From Pseudomonadota bacterium (GTDB lineage: Bacteria; Pseudomonadota; Gammaproteobacteria; Xanthomonadales; Xanthomonadaceae), in contig JBMOOW010000120.1 of assembly GCA_049323195.1 (NCBI GenBank), positions 4,814-68,813 of the forward strand: 64,000 nt of DNA, in the 5' to 3' direction. Under the pieces are notes generated by a model. That model was not told the DNA's origin. It made no database searches and was given only the letters and a program-made list of their open reading frames with translations. Below are positions 36,084 through 45,067 of the stretch, piece by piece. The stretch's first letter is position 1, and each line of letters opens with the position of its first letter. Position numbers and translations under genes: made by a program.

Positions 36084-38912
36084 TCAGTGCACCGGCGCGA
36101 ACATGCACGCGTGGAAGACAGGGTCGAGCGACTGCGCGCCGGACAGGGCGGAATCGCCGTTGACGTAGATCACGGTGGCGTCCTCGAACGGCGCCTGTGC
36201 GGCGAGCCAGTCCCGCTCGGCGGCGAAGTCGTCCGTGGTCCAGCCGTCGATGTCGCGCCAGAGCACGGCGGTGGGTGCGTCGTCGGCGCGGGTGCGGCCC
36301 AGAACCAGCACGTAGCGCCGGCCGTCGCGGTGCAGCACGCGGCGACGGCGGACGATCAGGCCGATGAGGTAGTTGAAGGTCTCGACTAGGTCCACCGCCT
36401 GCTCGCGCGACTCGCGGCCGTCGTGCACACGCAGCGTGTAGTCGAACGGGCGCTCGAGCTTCTCCACGTCGAGCAGGCTGGGGCTGCCGGCGGTCTCCAC
36501 GTCGAGCCAGTACCCCAGGCGATAGCTCTCCGGAACCGCGTCGAAGTCGAAGCCCGGCTGCGTGTCCTCGGCCTTGCGGACGCGGAGGTTGGAGAGGGTG
36601 TCTTCGTAGGATTCGAGGCGGAGGTACTTGAATACCCCACCGCGGGGGAAGCCGTACTTTTCCGAAATCCCGTAACGGTCGCCAAACAAGACCTTCTTTA
36701 GGCGTGGCAGCGCATATCGGTCAAAATTCTCACCCATCTCGATTGCCACCCACCTGCGCCCCGACTTGTAGGCGACTGCAGCGGTCGTTCCCGAGCCGAC
36801 GAACGCATCAGCTACGTAATCCCCGACATTCGAGGAGGACGTAATCAGCCTTTCGACGAGGGCTTCATTCTTCTGCGTCAGCGATTGGTCACCGACCTTT
36901 TCCTTGCTGAAGCTGACGATTTGAATTGAATTGAGCGCGTCGATCTCCGAACAATTCCATGTGTCTTCAAGCGGATAGCCAGCCCCGTCCGGCGCATTGC
37001 CATCACGCCTCACATATCCCGGAGGATAGGGGATGTATTGTTTGTTGAAGAATACATTTCCGCTCTTGCCGTACTGGTAGATCGTGTCATGGTTGCGGAT
37101 GAACTTGTTTGCTGTGCTCTTGTACCCCGATATCCAGCCGATACGCCAGATGATCTCTGTGATGTAGGTGTATCGCTCGTCGAGCAATAGCTTCAGCCGC
37201 TCTTTCTCATAGTAGTCGATGTGCGCGTAAAGCGTGCCACTGGGCGACAGCAATTCGTAAAGCGCGGCCGTGCATCCCTGCATCATCGAGAGCCAGCTCG
37301 AATGCCGATATGCATCTCGATAGTAGAAGTCACCGAGCCCCGTGTTGAAAGGCGGATCGATATATACGCACTGTACATCGGCAAGATAACGTGCCGAAAC
37401 TAGGTTCAGCGCCTGCCAGTTGTCGGCGCGGATCATCACGCCGCTGGTACTGTTTTCGTCGTCTCCAATGCTTTCGAGCAGTTCCAATTCCAGGTCCGTG
37501 GGGAGGTGCGCAGTGTCGAGTACCAGAAACGGCTGACTCCGCAAGAACTCCGCCGTCACCTTCTCCTTCCACCCCGGCTTCCCGCCCTCTGCCTTCACTT
37601 CGTCGATCGCGAAGAGCTTCTTCCACTCCGCCTTCTGCGCCTTGCCGCCCTCGGTGGTGTTGAGGATCTCCACGAGCCGCTCGGTGAGCCCCGCACGTTC
37701 GACGTGATCGAGGGTGATGCACCAGTGGCACTCGGTCACGAACTTGCGCTTTTCGTACAGGCGCTTCTGGAAGTCCTCGACGCGGGCGAGGAAGTCGATG
37801 ATGGTGGTGGCCACCTCGCGCAGGCAGGCCAGTGTCTGCAGCCAGGCGCGCGCGGGTTGTTCGCCGGCCAGTAGCGTGTCGAGCTTCAGGACTTCGGCCT
37901 TGAGCCAGTAGTCGAGCTCGCGGGTGAGGAAGCCGCGCAGATCCTTGTGGATGAAAAAGTCGCTGGTGTTGCGCCGGGTGTAGCGGCGCAGGTGTTGGGC
38001 GAGCACGGTGCGCGGGGTGTCGCCGCTGCCGGGCGCTTCGGCCTCCAGGGCCGCCTTGAGCGCGGGCTGGGCCTTTACAGGTTTCGCGGCGAGCAGCTTC
38101 TTCTCGACGTCGGCGTTGATGGCGTCCTGCGCGTTTCGCGCCGGCAGCGTGGTCGCCTCGGTGGACGTGGCCGCGCGCCATTGCACGGGAACGGTCAACG
38201 TGCGTGTGGCGGCGTCGAGTTGCGCAGCGGCCGTGTCGGCGAAGAAGTAGCGCTTTTCGGCGGACTTGGTGTTGTCGCGGTCGGTCTCGGCCCGCTGCAG
38301 GCGGAACTCCACGTGCCAGGCGTCCGCACCCGTTCCGGCACGGAAACGGTAGTCGGTGAAATGCTCGCCGGTCTTGACGTAGTACTGGTCGCGGTTGGCC
38401 CAGTGCAGCATCACTTCCTGCCCGTTGTAGGGCAGGGCATAGGCGTCCTCAGCGCCGTAGCGGCGCAGGCTGAGGAAGTCGCCGTCCTCGTAGTAGCGGC
38501 GGAAGAAGTCGTAGAGGCGGTTGTAGATCTCGGCTTCGCGGTCCTGCGGCTGCCCGGCGGCCTGACGGGCTTCCCACTGCTCGCGGTACTCGCGGGCGGT
38601 GCGGCCGCGGATGTCGTCGCGCAGGCGGCCGTCGCCGTCAATGATGCTCTCGCCCTCGTATTCCTCGCGCAGCTCGGCGGCGAGTTCCGCCAGGCGCCTG
38701 GCCTGCCCGTCCACCTGCGCGGCGGCACCGCCCGCCAGTGCCTGCTTCACGGCGGCGGGAAGGCGCGTGGTGAGCCAGTCCTCGAACAGGGCGCGACGCT
38801 CGTTGAGGATGCGGTAGATGCCGAAGTCGAGGTCGGCGCAGTCGTACTGGAAGAGCTCGCGCAGCAGCGTCTGGAACTTCTGCAGGGCGGGCGAGGCGGG
38901 CTCAAGGGTCAT
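36084..38912 (-). CDS. large beta-class (Mod-like) N6-adenine/N4-cytosine DNA methyltransferase
   Basis: 942 aa; motif IV VYIDPPFNTG precedes motif I AFVGSGTTAAVA; IRADNWQALNLV pre-motif typical of type III Mod; ~450-aa N-terminal extension with DLDFGIYRILN. Confidence 0.88.
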   Translation of the reverse strand: MTLEPASPALQKFQTLLRELFQYDCADLDFGIYRILNERRALFEDWLTTRLPAAVKQALAGGAAAQVDGQARRLAELAAELREEYEGESIIDGDGRLRDDIRGRTAREYREQWEARQAAGQPQDREAEIYNRLYDFFRRYYEDGDFLSLRRYGAEDAYALPYNGQEVMLHWANRDQYYVKTGEHFTDYRFRAGTGADAWHVEFRLQRAETDRDNTKSAEKRYFFADTAAAQLDAATRTLTVPVQWRAATSTEATTLPARNAQDAINADVEKKLLAAKPVKAQPALKAALEAEAPGSGDTPRTVLAQHLRRYTRRNTSDFFIHKDLRGFLTRELDYWLKAEVLKLDTLLAGEQPARAWLQTLACLREVATTIIDFLARVEDFQKRLYEKRKFVTECHWCITLDHVERAGLTERLVEILNTTEGGKAQKAEWKKLFAIDEVKAEGGKPGWKEKVTAEFLRSQPFLVLDTAHLPTDLELELLESIGDDENSTSGVMIRADNWQALNLVSARYLADVQCVYIDPPFNTGLGDFYYRDAYRHSSWLSMMQGCTAALYELLSPSGTLYAHIDYYEKERLKLLLDERYTYITEIIWRIGWISGYKSTANKFIRNHDTIYQYGKSGNVFFNKQYIPYPPGYVRRDGNAPDGAGYPLEDTWNCSEIDALNSIQIVSFSKEKVGDQSLTQKNEALVERLITSSSNVGDYVADAFVGSGTTAAVAYKSGRRWVAIEMGENFDRYALPRLKKVLFGDRYGISEKYGFPRGGVFKYLRLESYEDTLSNLRVRKAEDTQPGFDFDAVPESYRLGYWLDVETAGSPSLLDVEKLERPFDYTLRVHDGRESREQAVDLVETFNYLIGLIVRRRRVLHRDGRRYVLVLGRTRADDAPTAVLWRDIDGWTTDDFAAERDWLAAQAPFEDATVIYVNGDSALSGAQSLDPVFHACMFAPVH

Positions 38913-39283
38913 TCGGTGGGGTCCGGAGAGACGTGCAGTGCGTCGGCGGGCGTGTCGTTCAGGGCGTCGAGATCCCGGGAGGCGTGCCAGATCCGGACGA
39001 CGCTGATATGGGTAGGCTGATCCACGTAGTAGACGAGATACCTGTCGAAGCCGCGTACGTGTAGAAGGCGCAGCGGCGCCGGCAGGACCGGGATCATCCG
39101 AGCATGGCGCGCGGAGCCGATTTCGGGGAAGGCGGCGATGTGCGCGAGCGTGGTGTCCAGCGCGTCGAGGAATCGCTCACCCAGCGCCAGTCCGCCGTGC
39201 AGGGCGTAGCGCCAAGCGGTTTCCGAGGCGTCCGCTTCGGCCTGCGGCCGCCACTCAATTGCCTTCACGAGCCCAGCGGTCAC
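38909..39283 (-). CDS. parE: ParE/RelE-family toxin
   Basis: KAIEWRPQAEADASE...FPEIGSARH...LRLLHVRGFDRYLVYYVDQPTHISVVRIWHASRD; GTG starts at 39283 (AAGGA 5 nt upstream) or 39268; stop forms ATGA with the methyltransferase start. Confidence 0.78.
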   Translation of the reverse strand: MTAGLVKAIEWRPQAEADASETAWRYALHGGLALGERFLDALDTTLAHIAAFPEIGSARHARMIPVLPAPLRLLHVRGFDRYLVYYVDQPTHISVVRIWHASRDLDALNDTPADALHVSPDPTE

Positions 39284-39512
39284 GCAGATCCTTGCGCATG
39301 CGGTCGAACCTGGCCGCGTCCACGGGAACGGCCAGGCCGGACGCCAGTCCCTCGGCGATGGCCTGCCGCAACGCCTCCTCGGCCTTGGCGCGCTGCCGCT
39401 GGCGCAGCAGGTCGCGCATGTAGTCCGACGTGCTGGCGAAACCGCCCTCGCGGACTTCCTCGTCCACGAACTGCTTGAGCGGATCGGGGAGGGAGATGTT
39501 CATGGTGGCCAT
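39255..39512 (-). CDS. parD: ParD-family (RHH) antitoxin
   Basis: 85 aa; MNISLPDPLKQFVDEEVREGGFASTSDYMRDLLRQ. Confidence 0.78.
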   Translation of the reverse strand: MATMNISLPDPLKQFVDEEVREGGFASTSDYMRDLLRQRQRAKAEEALRQAIAEGLASGLAVPVDAARFDRMRKDLRDRWAREGN

Positions 39513-39523
39513 AGCCGGGCCTT

Positions 39524-39542
39524 GATGGCAAAGATTGCCATC
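39524..39542. promoter_or_regulatory. perfect 8-3-8 palindrome just upstream of parD (candidate ParD operator)
   Basis: GATGGCAA-AGA-TTGCCATC, 12-30 nt upstream of the parD ATG; a TTGATA hexamer lies immediately upstream on the coding strand. Confidence 0.4.
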
Positions 39543-39704
39543 GGAGTATCAATGCGGCGCAGTGGGCGGGCAAGTGCTTTGGCTGGGGATGACCGCTTCG
39601 TTACCCCTCACCGCAACCCCTCCCCCCGGGGCGAGAGGGGCTCCCGGTTCAGCATGAGCCTGCTGCTCACTGGCAGCGGGCCTTCGCTCCCGGGGAGGGC
39701 TTGA

Positions 39705-42320
39705 TCAGGCCGCGTTGCGGTTGCCTTCGAGGAAATCGTTCGCGAAGCGCTGCAGCACGCCGCCAGCCTCGTAGATCGAGACCTCCTCGGCGGTGTCCAG
39801 GCGGCAGGTCACGGGCACTTCGACGGTCTCTCCACTGCGGCGGTGGATCAGCAGCGTGAGCGTGGCGCGCGGGGTGCGCTCGCCGACGACGTCGAAGGTC
39901 TCGGTGCCGTCGATGCCCAGCGTGAGGCGGCTGGTGCCGGGCTGGAACTCCAGCGGCAGCACGCCCATGCCGATCAGGTTGGTGCGGTGGATGCGCTCGA
40001 AGCCCTCGGCGACGATCGCCTCCACGCCCGCGAGCCGCACGCCCTTGGCCGCCCAGTCGCGCGAGCTGCCTTGGCCGTAGTCGGCGCCGGCGATGATGAT
40101 CAGCGGCTGCCGGCGCTCCATGTAGGTCTCGATCGCCTCCCACATGCGCGTCACCGTGCCATCAGGTTCGATGCGCGCGAGCGAGCCCTGGCGCACTGTG
40201 CCGTCCTCGGCGCGCACCATCTCGTTGAGCAGCTTCGGGTTGGCGAAGGTGGCGCGCTGCGCGGTGAGGTGGTCGCCGCGGTGCGTGGCGTAGGAATTGA
40301 AGTCCTCCTCCGGCACGCCCATCTTCGCGAGGTACTCGCCCGCGGCGGAGTTCGCGAGGATCGCGTTGCTGGGCGAGAGGTGGTCGGTGGTGATGTTGTC
40401 GCCCAGCACCGCCAGCGGGCGCATGCCGCGCAGCGTGCGCTCGCCGGCCAGCGCGCCTTCCCAGTACGGCGGGCGGCGGATGTAGGTCGACATCGGGCGC
40501 CAGTCGTAGAGCGGCTTCACCGGCTCGCCGTGCTCCACGCGCAGCTTGAACATGGGCTCGTAGACGCGGCGGAACTGCTCGGGGCGCACGTGCTCGCGCA
40601 CGATGGCATCGATCTCCTCGTCCGTCGGCCACAGGTCCTTGAGCGTGAGCGCGCGGCCGTCGCTGCCGGTGCCCAGCACGTCCTTCTCGATGTCGAAGCG
40701 GATGGTGCCGGCGATGGCATAGGCCACGACCAGCGGCGGCGAGGCCAGGAAGGCCTGCTTGGCATAGGGGTGGATGCGGCCATCGAAGTTGCGGTTGCCG
40801 CTGAGCACCGCGACGGCATACAGGTCGCGCTCGATGATCTCCTGCTGGATGGCCGGGTCCAGCGCGCCGCTCATGCCGTTGCAGGTGGTGCAGGCGAAGC
40901 CGACGATGCCGAAGCCCAGCGCTTCCAGGTGCGGCAGCAGGCCCGCCTCCTGCAGGTAGAGCTCCACGGCCTTCGAGCCCGGCGCGAGCGAGGTCTTGAC
41001 CCAGGGCTTGCGCACCAGGCCGAGCTCGTTCGCCTTCTTCGCAAGCAGCCCCGCCGCGATGACGTTGCGAGGGTTGGAGGTGTTCGTGCAGCTGGTGATC
41101 GCAGCGATGATCACCGCGCCGTCGGGCATCAAGCCACTGGCTTCCTGCGCGCGCGCGGCCTCGAGGTCCCGGGCGATGCCGCGCTCGGCCAGCGCCGTGG
41201 TCGGCAGGCGGCGGTGCGGGTTGGACGGGCCGGCCATGTTGCGCACGACGGTCGAGAGGTCGAAGGTCAGCGTGCGCTCGTACTGGGCGTCCACCAGCGC
41301 ATCGGCCCAGAGCCCGGCCGCCTTCGCATAGGTTTCGACCAGCTGCACCTGCTGCTCGTCGCGGCCGGTCAGGCGCAGGTAGTCGAGGGTGTTGTCGTCG
41401 ATGAAGAACATCGCCGCGGTGGCGCCGTACTCGGGCGCCATGTTGGAGATCGTCGCGCGATCGCCCAGCGTGAGCGCGCGCGCGCCCTCGCCACGGAACT
41501 CCAGGTAGGCGCCGACGACCTTCGACTGTCGCAGGAACTCGGTGAGCGCGAGCACGATGTCGGTGGCGGTGATGCCCGGCTGCGGACGGCCGGTGAGCTC
41601 CACGCCGACGATCTCGGGCAGGCGCATCCAGGAGGCGCGGCCGAGCATCACGCTCTCGGCTTCCAGGCCGCCCACGCCCACGGCGATAACGCCCAGCGCG
41701 TCCACGTGCGGCGTGTGCGAGTCGGTGCCCACGCAGGTATCCGGGAAGGCCACGCCGTCGGCCACGTAGACCACCGGCGACATCTTCTCCAGATTGATCT
41801 GGTGCATGATCCCGTTGCCCGGCGGGATCACGTCGACGTTCCTGAAGGCGTGCTTGGTCCACTCGATGAAGTGGAAGCGATCCTCGTTGCGGCGCTCCTC
41901 GATCGCGCGGTTCCTGGCGAACGCATCCGGATCGAAGCCACCGCATTCGACCGCGAGCGAGTGGTCGACGATCAGCTGCGTAGGCACCACCGGATTGATC
42001 TGCGCCGGGTCGCCGCCACGCTCGGCGATGGCGTCGCGCAGGCCGGCGAGGTCAACCAGCGCGGTCTGGCCGAGGATGTCGTGGCAGACCACGCGTGCGG
42101 GGAACCAGGGGAAGTCGAGGTCGCGGCGGCGCTCGACGAGCTGGCGCAGGTAATCGCCGATGCGGTGCGGCTCGGCACGGCGCACGATGTTCTCGGCATG
42201 CACGCGCGAGGTGTAGGGCAGGCCGTCCCATGCGCCCGGCTGGATCGCCTCCACCGCCTCGCGGGCGTCGAACCAGTGCAGCGAGGTGCCGGGAAGGGGC
42301 TTGCGGTGGGCGGTGTTCAT
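39705..42320 (-). CDS. acnD: Fe/S-dependent 2-methylisocitrate dehydratase AcnD (aconitase family)
   Basis: ATG at 42320; 871 aa; aconitase motifs GTDSHT, ITSCTNTSNP, CTTCNG, DNITTDHLSPS, GQGSSRDWAAKG. Confidence 0.93.
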   Translation of the reverse strand: MNTAHRKPLPGTSLHWFDAREAVEAIQPGAWDGLPYTSRVHAENIVRRAEPHRIGDYLRQLVERRRDLDFPWFPARVVCHDILGQTALVDLAGLRDAIAERGGDPAQINPVVPTQLIVDHSLAVECGGFDPDAFARNRAIEERRNEDRFHFIEWTKHAFRNVDVIPPGNGIMHQINLEKMSPVVYVADGVAFPDTCVGTDSHTPHVDALGVIAVGVGGLEAESVMLGRASWMRLPEIVGVELTGRPQPGITATDIVLALTEFLRQSKVVGAYLEFRGEGARALTLGDRATISNMAPEYGATAAMFFIDDNTLDYLRLTGRDEQQVQLVETYAKAAGLWADALVDAQYERTLTFDLSTVVRNMAGPSNPHRRLPTTALAERGIARDLEAARAQEASGLMPDGAVIIAAITSCTNTSNPRNVIAAGLLAKKANELGLVRKPWVKTSLAPGSKAVELYLQEAGLLPHLEALGFGIVGFACTTCNGMSGALDPAIQQEIIERDLYAVAVLSGNRNFDGRIHPYAKQAFLASPPLVVAYAIAGTIRFDIEKDVLGTGSDGRALTLKDLWPTDEEIDAIVREHVRPEQFRRVYEPMFKLRVEHGEPVKPLYDWRPMSTYIRRPPYWEGALAGERTLRGMRPLAVLGDNITTDHLSPSNAILANSAAGEYLAKMGVPEEDFNSYATHRGDHLTAQRATFANPKLLNEMVRAEDGTVRQGSLARIEPDGTVTRMWEAIETYMERRQPLIIIAGADYGQGSSRDWAAKGVRLAGVEAIVAEGFERIHRTNLIGMGVLPLEFQPGTSRLTLGIDGTETFDVVGERTPRATLTLLIHRRSGETVEVPVTCRLDTAEEVSIYEAGGVLQRFANDFLEGNRNAA

Positions 42321-42540
42321 CGTCGGATCCACGGTCGGCGCACGTCCGGCACGGGGCCGACGCGGCAGGGTGCGAGAAGGGCCGGGCGGGCCCGGCGGCA
42401 TCGGCCAATTATCCCGCACCTCGGCAGGACGGGCTCAGGCGCATGCGGGCGCGGGCCGGCGGGGATTCAGCGCCCCACGCCGGCTGCCGGGGGCCGTGCC
42501 ATGATCGGCGCGCGGCGGGGAGGCCGCGGGGAGGGATGCG

Positions 42541-43950
42541 ATGGACCAGGGGATGGACATGCGGATCGCGCCGGGTCGAACCCGCAAGCCGATGCCGCGC
42601 GCGTTGCGGGCGCTGCTCTGGAGCGCACTGGCGATCGTGCTGCTTCTGCTGATGCTCGCGGCCGTGGTGCTGCTCGTGAACCGGCGCGACGAGGCGCCAT
42701 CGGAGGATGCGAGGGCGCTGGAGGCGATCCTGGCGTCGGCACGCCCCGTCGATCCGGCCGACGATGCGCTGGCGGGGCTGGCGTCACTGGGGGCGACAGC
42801 CGTGGAGCAAGCCGGCCCGCACGATGCGGCACGGCTCGTGGCCGCCGCCGGACGCGACGCGCGGTCGAGGCGCGCCGCCCGCGGTGAGCGCCTGGACGAT
42901 GCCTTGGGCGCGTGCAGCGCACGGCGCGACGACTGCGCGAGCCTGCTGGCCGCCGCGGAACCGGACATGCCGGCCTGGATCGCGCGCGAGGCCGCGCTGC
43001 TGGCGGCCTATCGCCAGGTGCTCGCACGCCGGGGCTGGCACGAGGGCCCGCCGCCGCGGTCGCCGATGGACTGGCGCCCGGCGCCGTTCGCGCTTGCGCT
43101 GCAAGCCCAGGAGCTTCTGCTGATGCAGGCCTTCGTCGACGCAGGCGCCGGCGATGCCGCGGCCGTGCTGGAAGCGCTGGAGGCCGATGCGCGGTTCTGG
43201 CGCGGCGGCCTGGCCGGCGCGGACACGCTGCTCACCAAGATGGTCGCCACGGCAGCGGTACAGCGGAACCTGGCCCTGGGGGCGCTCGCAGTGCAGCGCC
43301 TGCCTGCCACCGCAATCGCCGCAGCGATCCCGCCTGCATGGAAGCTGCCGGTATCCGCCAGCGAGCGTTCGCTGCTCGGGGTGCTGGCCTGGGAGTGGAA
43401 GCTGGGCGACAACTTCATGCGGCGCACCGACGCCGACGCACGTGGAAAGCTGCAGGCCCGTGGTGCGGACGCACCATCGTTCAATGCCCTGTTCAAGCCC
43501 CAGGCCACGAGCAACGCCAATGCCGCGATGATGCGCCGCATCGCCGATGCCAGCGGTGCACCGTATCCGCAACTGCAGCGTTCGCTGCGGCAGCTCGATG
43601 CCTGGATCGAGGACAGTACGCGTTTCCCGTACTCGATCTACAACCCCGTCGGCCGCATCCTCGGCAGCATCGCGCCGCCGGCCTATGCCGGTTACGGCCG
43701 GCGCCTGGCGGATCTCGAGGCGCGCCGTCGCGCGGTGCTCGCCGTGCTCGGCCTGCACGCCGCGGGCATCGCACCGGTGCAGGTGGCGTCGGCGCTCGCG
43801 AGCAGCCCGCATCGGAATCCGTACACCGGTCGCGCCTTCCGCTGGGACGCCACGGTGTCCTGCGTGCGCATCGGCGGCATCGACCGCCCCGAAGGCCGCG
43901 GCTGCGTCGCCTACGTGCCGACGACCGCATCCCCGATACCCACCCACTGA
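42541..43950 (+). CDS. membrane-anchored hypothetical protein
   Basis: 469 aa; single N-terminal TM LLWSALAIVLLLLMLAAVVLLV; first of three tightly spaced genes. Confidence 0.6.
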   Translation: MDQGMDMRIAPGRTRKPMPRALRALLWSALAIVLLLLMLAAVVLLVNRRDEAPSEDARALEAILASARPVDPADDALAGLASLGATAVEQAGPHDAARLVAAAGRDARSRRAARGERLDDALGACSARRDDCASLLAAAEPDMPAWIAREAALLAAYRQVLARRGWHEGPPPRSPMDWRPAPFALALQAQELLLMQAFVDAGAGDAAAVLEALEADARFWRGGLAGADTLLTKMVATAAVQRNLALGALAVQRLPATAIAAAIPPAWKLPVSASERSLLGVLAWEWKLGDNFMRRTDADARGKLQARGADAPSFNALFKPQATSNANAAMMRRIADASGAPYPQLQRSLRQLDAWIEDSTRFPYSIYNPVGRILGSIAPPAYAGYGRRLADLEARRRAVLAVLGLHAAGIAPVQVASALASSPHRNPYTGRAFRWDATVSCVRIGGIDRPEGRGCVAYVPTTASPIPTH

Positions 43951-43957
43951 GGCCCGC

Positions 43958-44602
43958 ATGCCCAACGCCACCCAGGAACTGGAAACCTTCGTGCGCGAAG
44001 CGCTCATGCGCGGGCAGCCGCGCGCGGCGATCGGCGAGGCGCTCGCGCGCGCCGGCTGGAGCGCGGAGCAGACGCGCGGCGTGCTCGACGCCTGGGCCGA
44101 CGTCGACTTCCCCGTGCCGGTACCGCGTCCGCGCGCCTCGCTCTCGGCACGCGAGGCCTTCGCCTACCTCGTGATGTTCGCCACGCTCTACTTCGGCACC
44201 TGGAACCTGGGCAGCCTGCTGTTCGACCTGATCGATCGCGCACTGCCCGACGCCGCCTCGGCCGACTACATCATCGCCGCGACCGACAACTCCATCCGCT
44301 GGGCCGCGTCGGCGCTGGTGATCGCGTTCCCGGTCTTCGCCTTCGTCGCCCACCGCGTTTCGCGCGACGTGGCGCGCCATCCGATCAAGCGCCTCTCGCC
44401 GGTGCGCCGCTGGCTCACCTACCTCACGCTGTTCCTTGCGGCTTCGGTGCTGATCGGCGACATGACCACGCTGGTCTACCACGTGCTCGGTGGCGAGGCG
44501 ACGCTGCGCTTCTTGCTGAAGGTGCTCGTGGTCGCCGTGCTGGCGGGTGCCATCTTCGGCTGGTACCTGCACGATCTTCGCCGCGAGGAGGCCGGGGCAT
44601 GA
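43958..44602 (+). CDS. DUF5671-like integral membrane protein
   Basis: ATG at 43958; soluble N-terminal helix bundle then four hydrophobic helices; 7 nt after the previous stop. Confidence 0.65.
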   Translation: MPNATQELETFVREALMRGQPRAAIGEALARAGWSAEQTRGVLDAWADVDFPVPVPRPRASLSAREAFAYLVMFATLYFGTWNLGSLLFDLIDRALPDAASADYIIAATDNSIRWAASALVIAFPVFAFVAHRVSRDVARHPIKRLSPVRRWLTYLTLFLAASVLIGDMTTLVYHVLGGEATLRFLLKVLVVAVLAGAIFGWYLHDLRREEAGA

Positions 44603-45027
44603 GCACGCGGGGGACGGGAACCTGGCTGCTGGTGGCGGCCGGCGTGGCGGTGGCGGCGAGCATCGTGGCCGCCGTGTTCACGATCGGCACGCCCGGCGAG
44701 CAGCGCCTGCGGCGCATGGACGAGCGCCGCGAGCGCGATCTGGCGGGCCTGAAATCGGCCATCGAGGCGCGCTATCGGCTGGAGGGCTGGCTGCCTGCGT
44801 CGCTGGGCGAGATCTCGGAAGGGCGCGACTGGGAGCGGCTTTCGCTCGCCGATCCTCAGACGGGCACGCCCTACGAGTACCGCGTGATCGATGCGCGCCG
44901 CTACGAGCTCTGCGCCCGCTTCGCCCGGGCCTCCCGCCAGACGCATGCCTTCGACGTGGGCCATCCGGCGGGCCGGCACTGCATGCGCCATGCGGTGACG
45001 CCACCCGGGCGCGCCGTGGTGGACTGA
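44599..45027 (+). CDS. membrane-anchored protein with pseudopilin (GspG C-terminal)-like motif
   Basis: ATGA overlap with previous gene; N-terminal TM; RERDLAGLKSAIEARYRLEGWLPASL...DPQTGTPYEYRV...YELCARF. Confidence 0.55.
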   Translation: MSTRGTGTWLLVAAGVAVAASIVAAVFTIGTPGEQRLRRMDERRERDLAGLKSAIEARYRLEGWLPASLGEISEGRDWERLSLADPQTGTPYEYRVIDARRYELCARFARASRQTHAFDVGHPAGRHCMRHAVTPPGRAVVD

Positions 45028-45067
45028 CGGCGGGCGCCGCCTTCCGGGCGCGCGTCGCGGCGCGGTG

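Noticed and set aside
39522-39704. 60-aa ORF in the acnD-parD spacer
   Set aside because: TTG start with no RBS. It covers the palindrome and a GC-rich hairpin region (CCCCTC...GAGGGG) that looks like intergenic repeat/terminator sequence rather than coding.
39843-42887. 1014-aa plus-strand ORF
   Set aside because: Antisense shadow of acnD, whose aconitase motifs are unambiguous on the minus strand.
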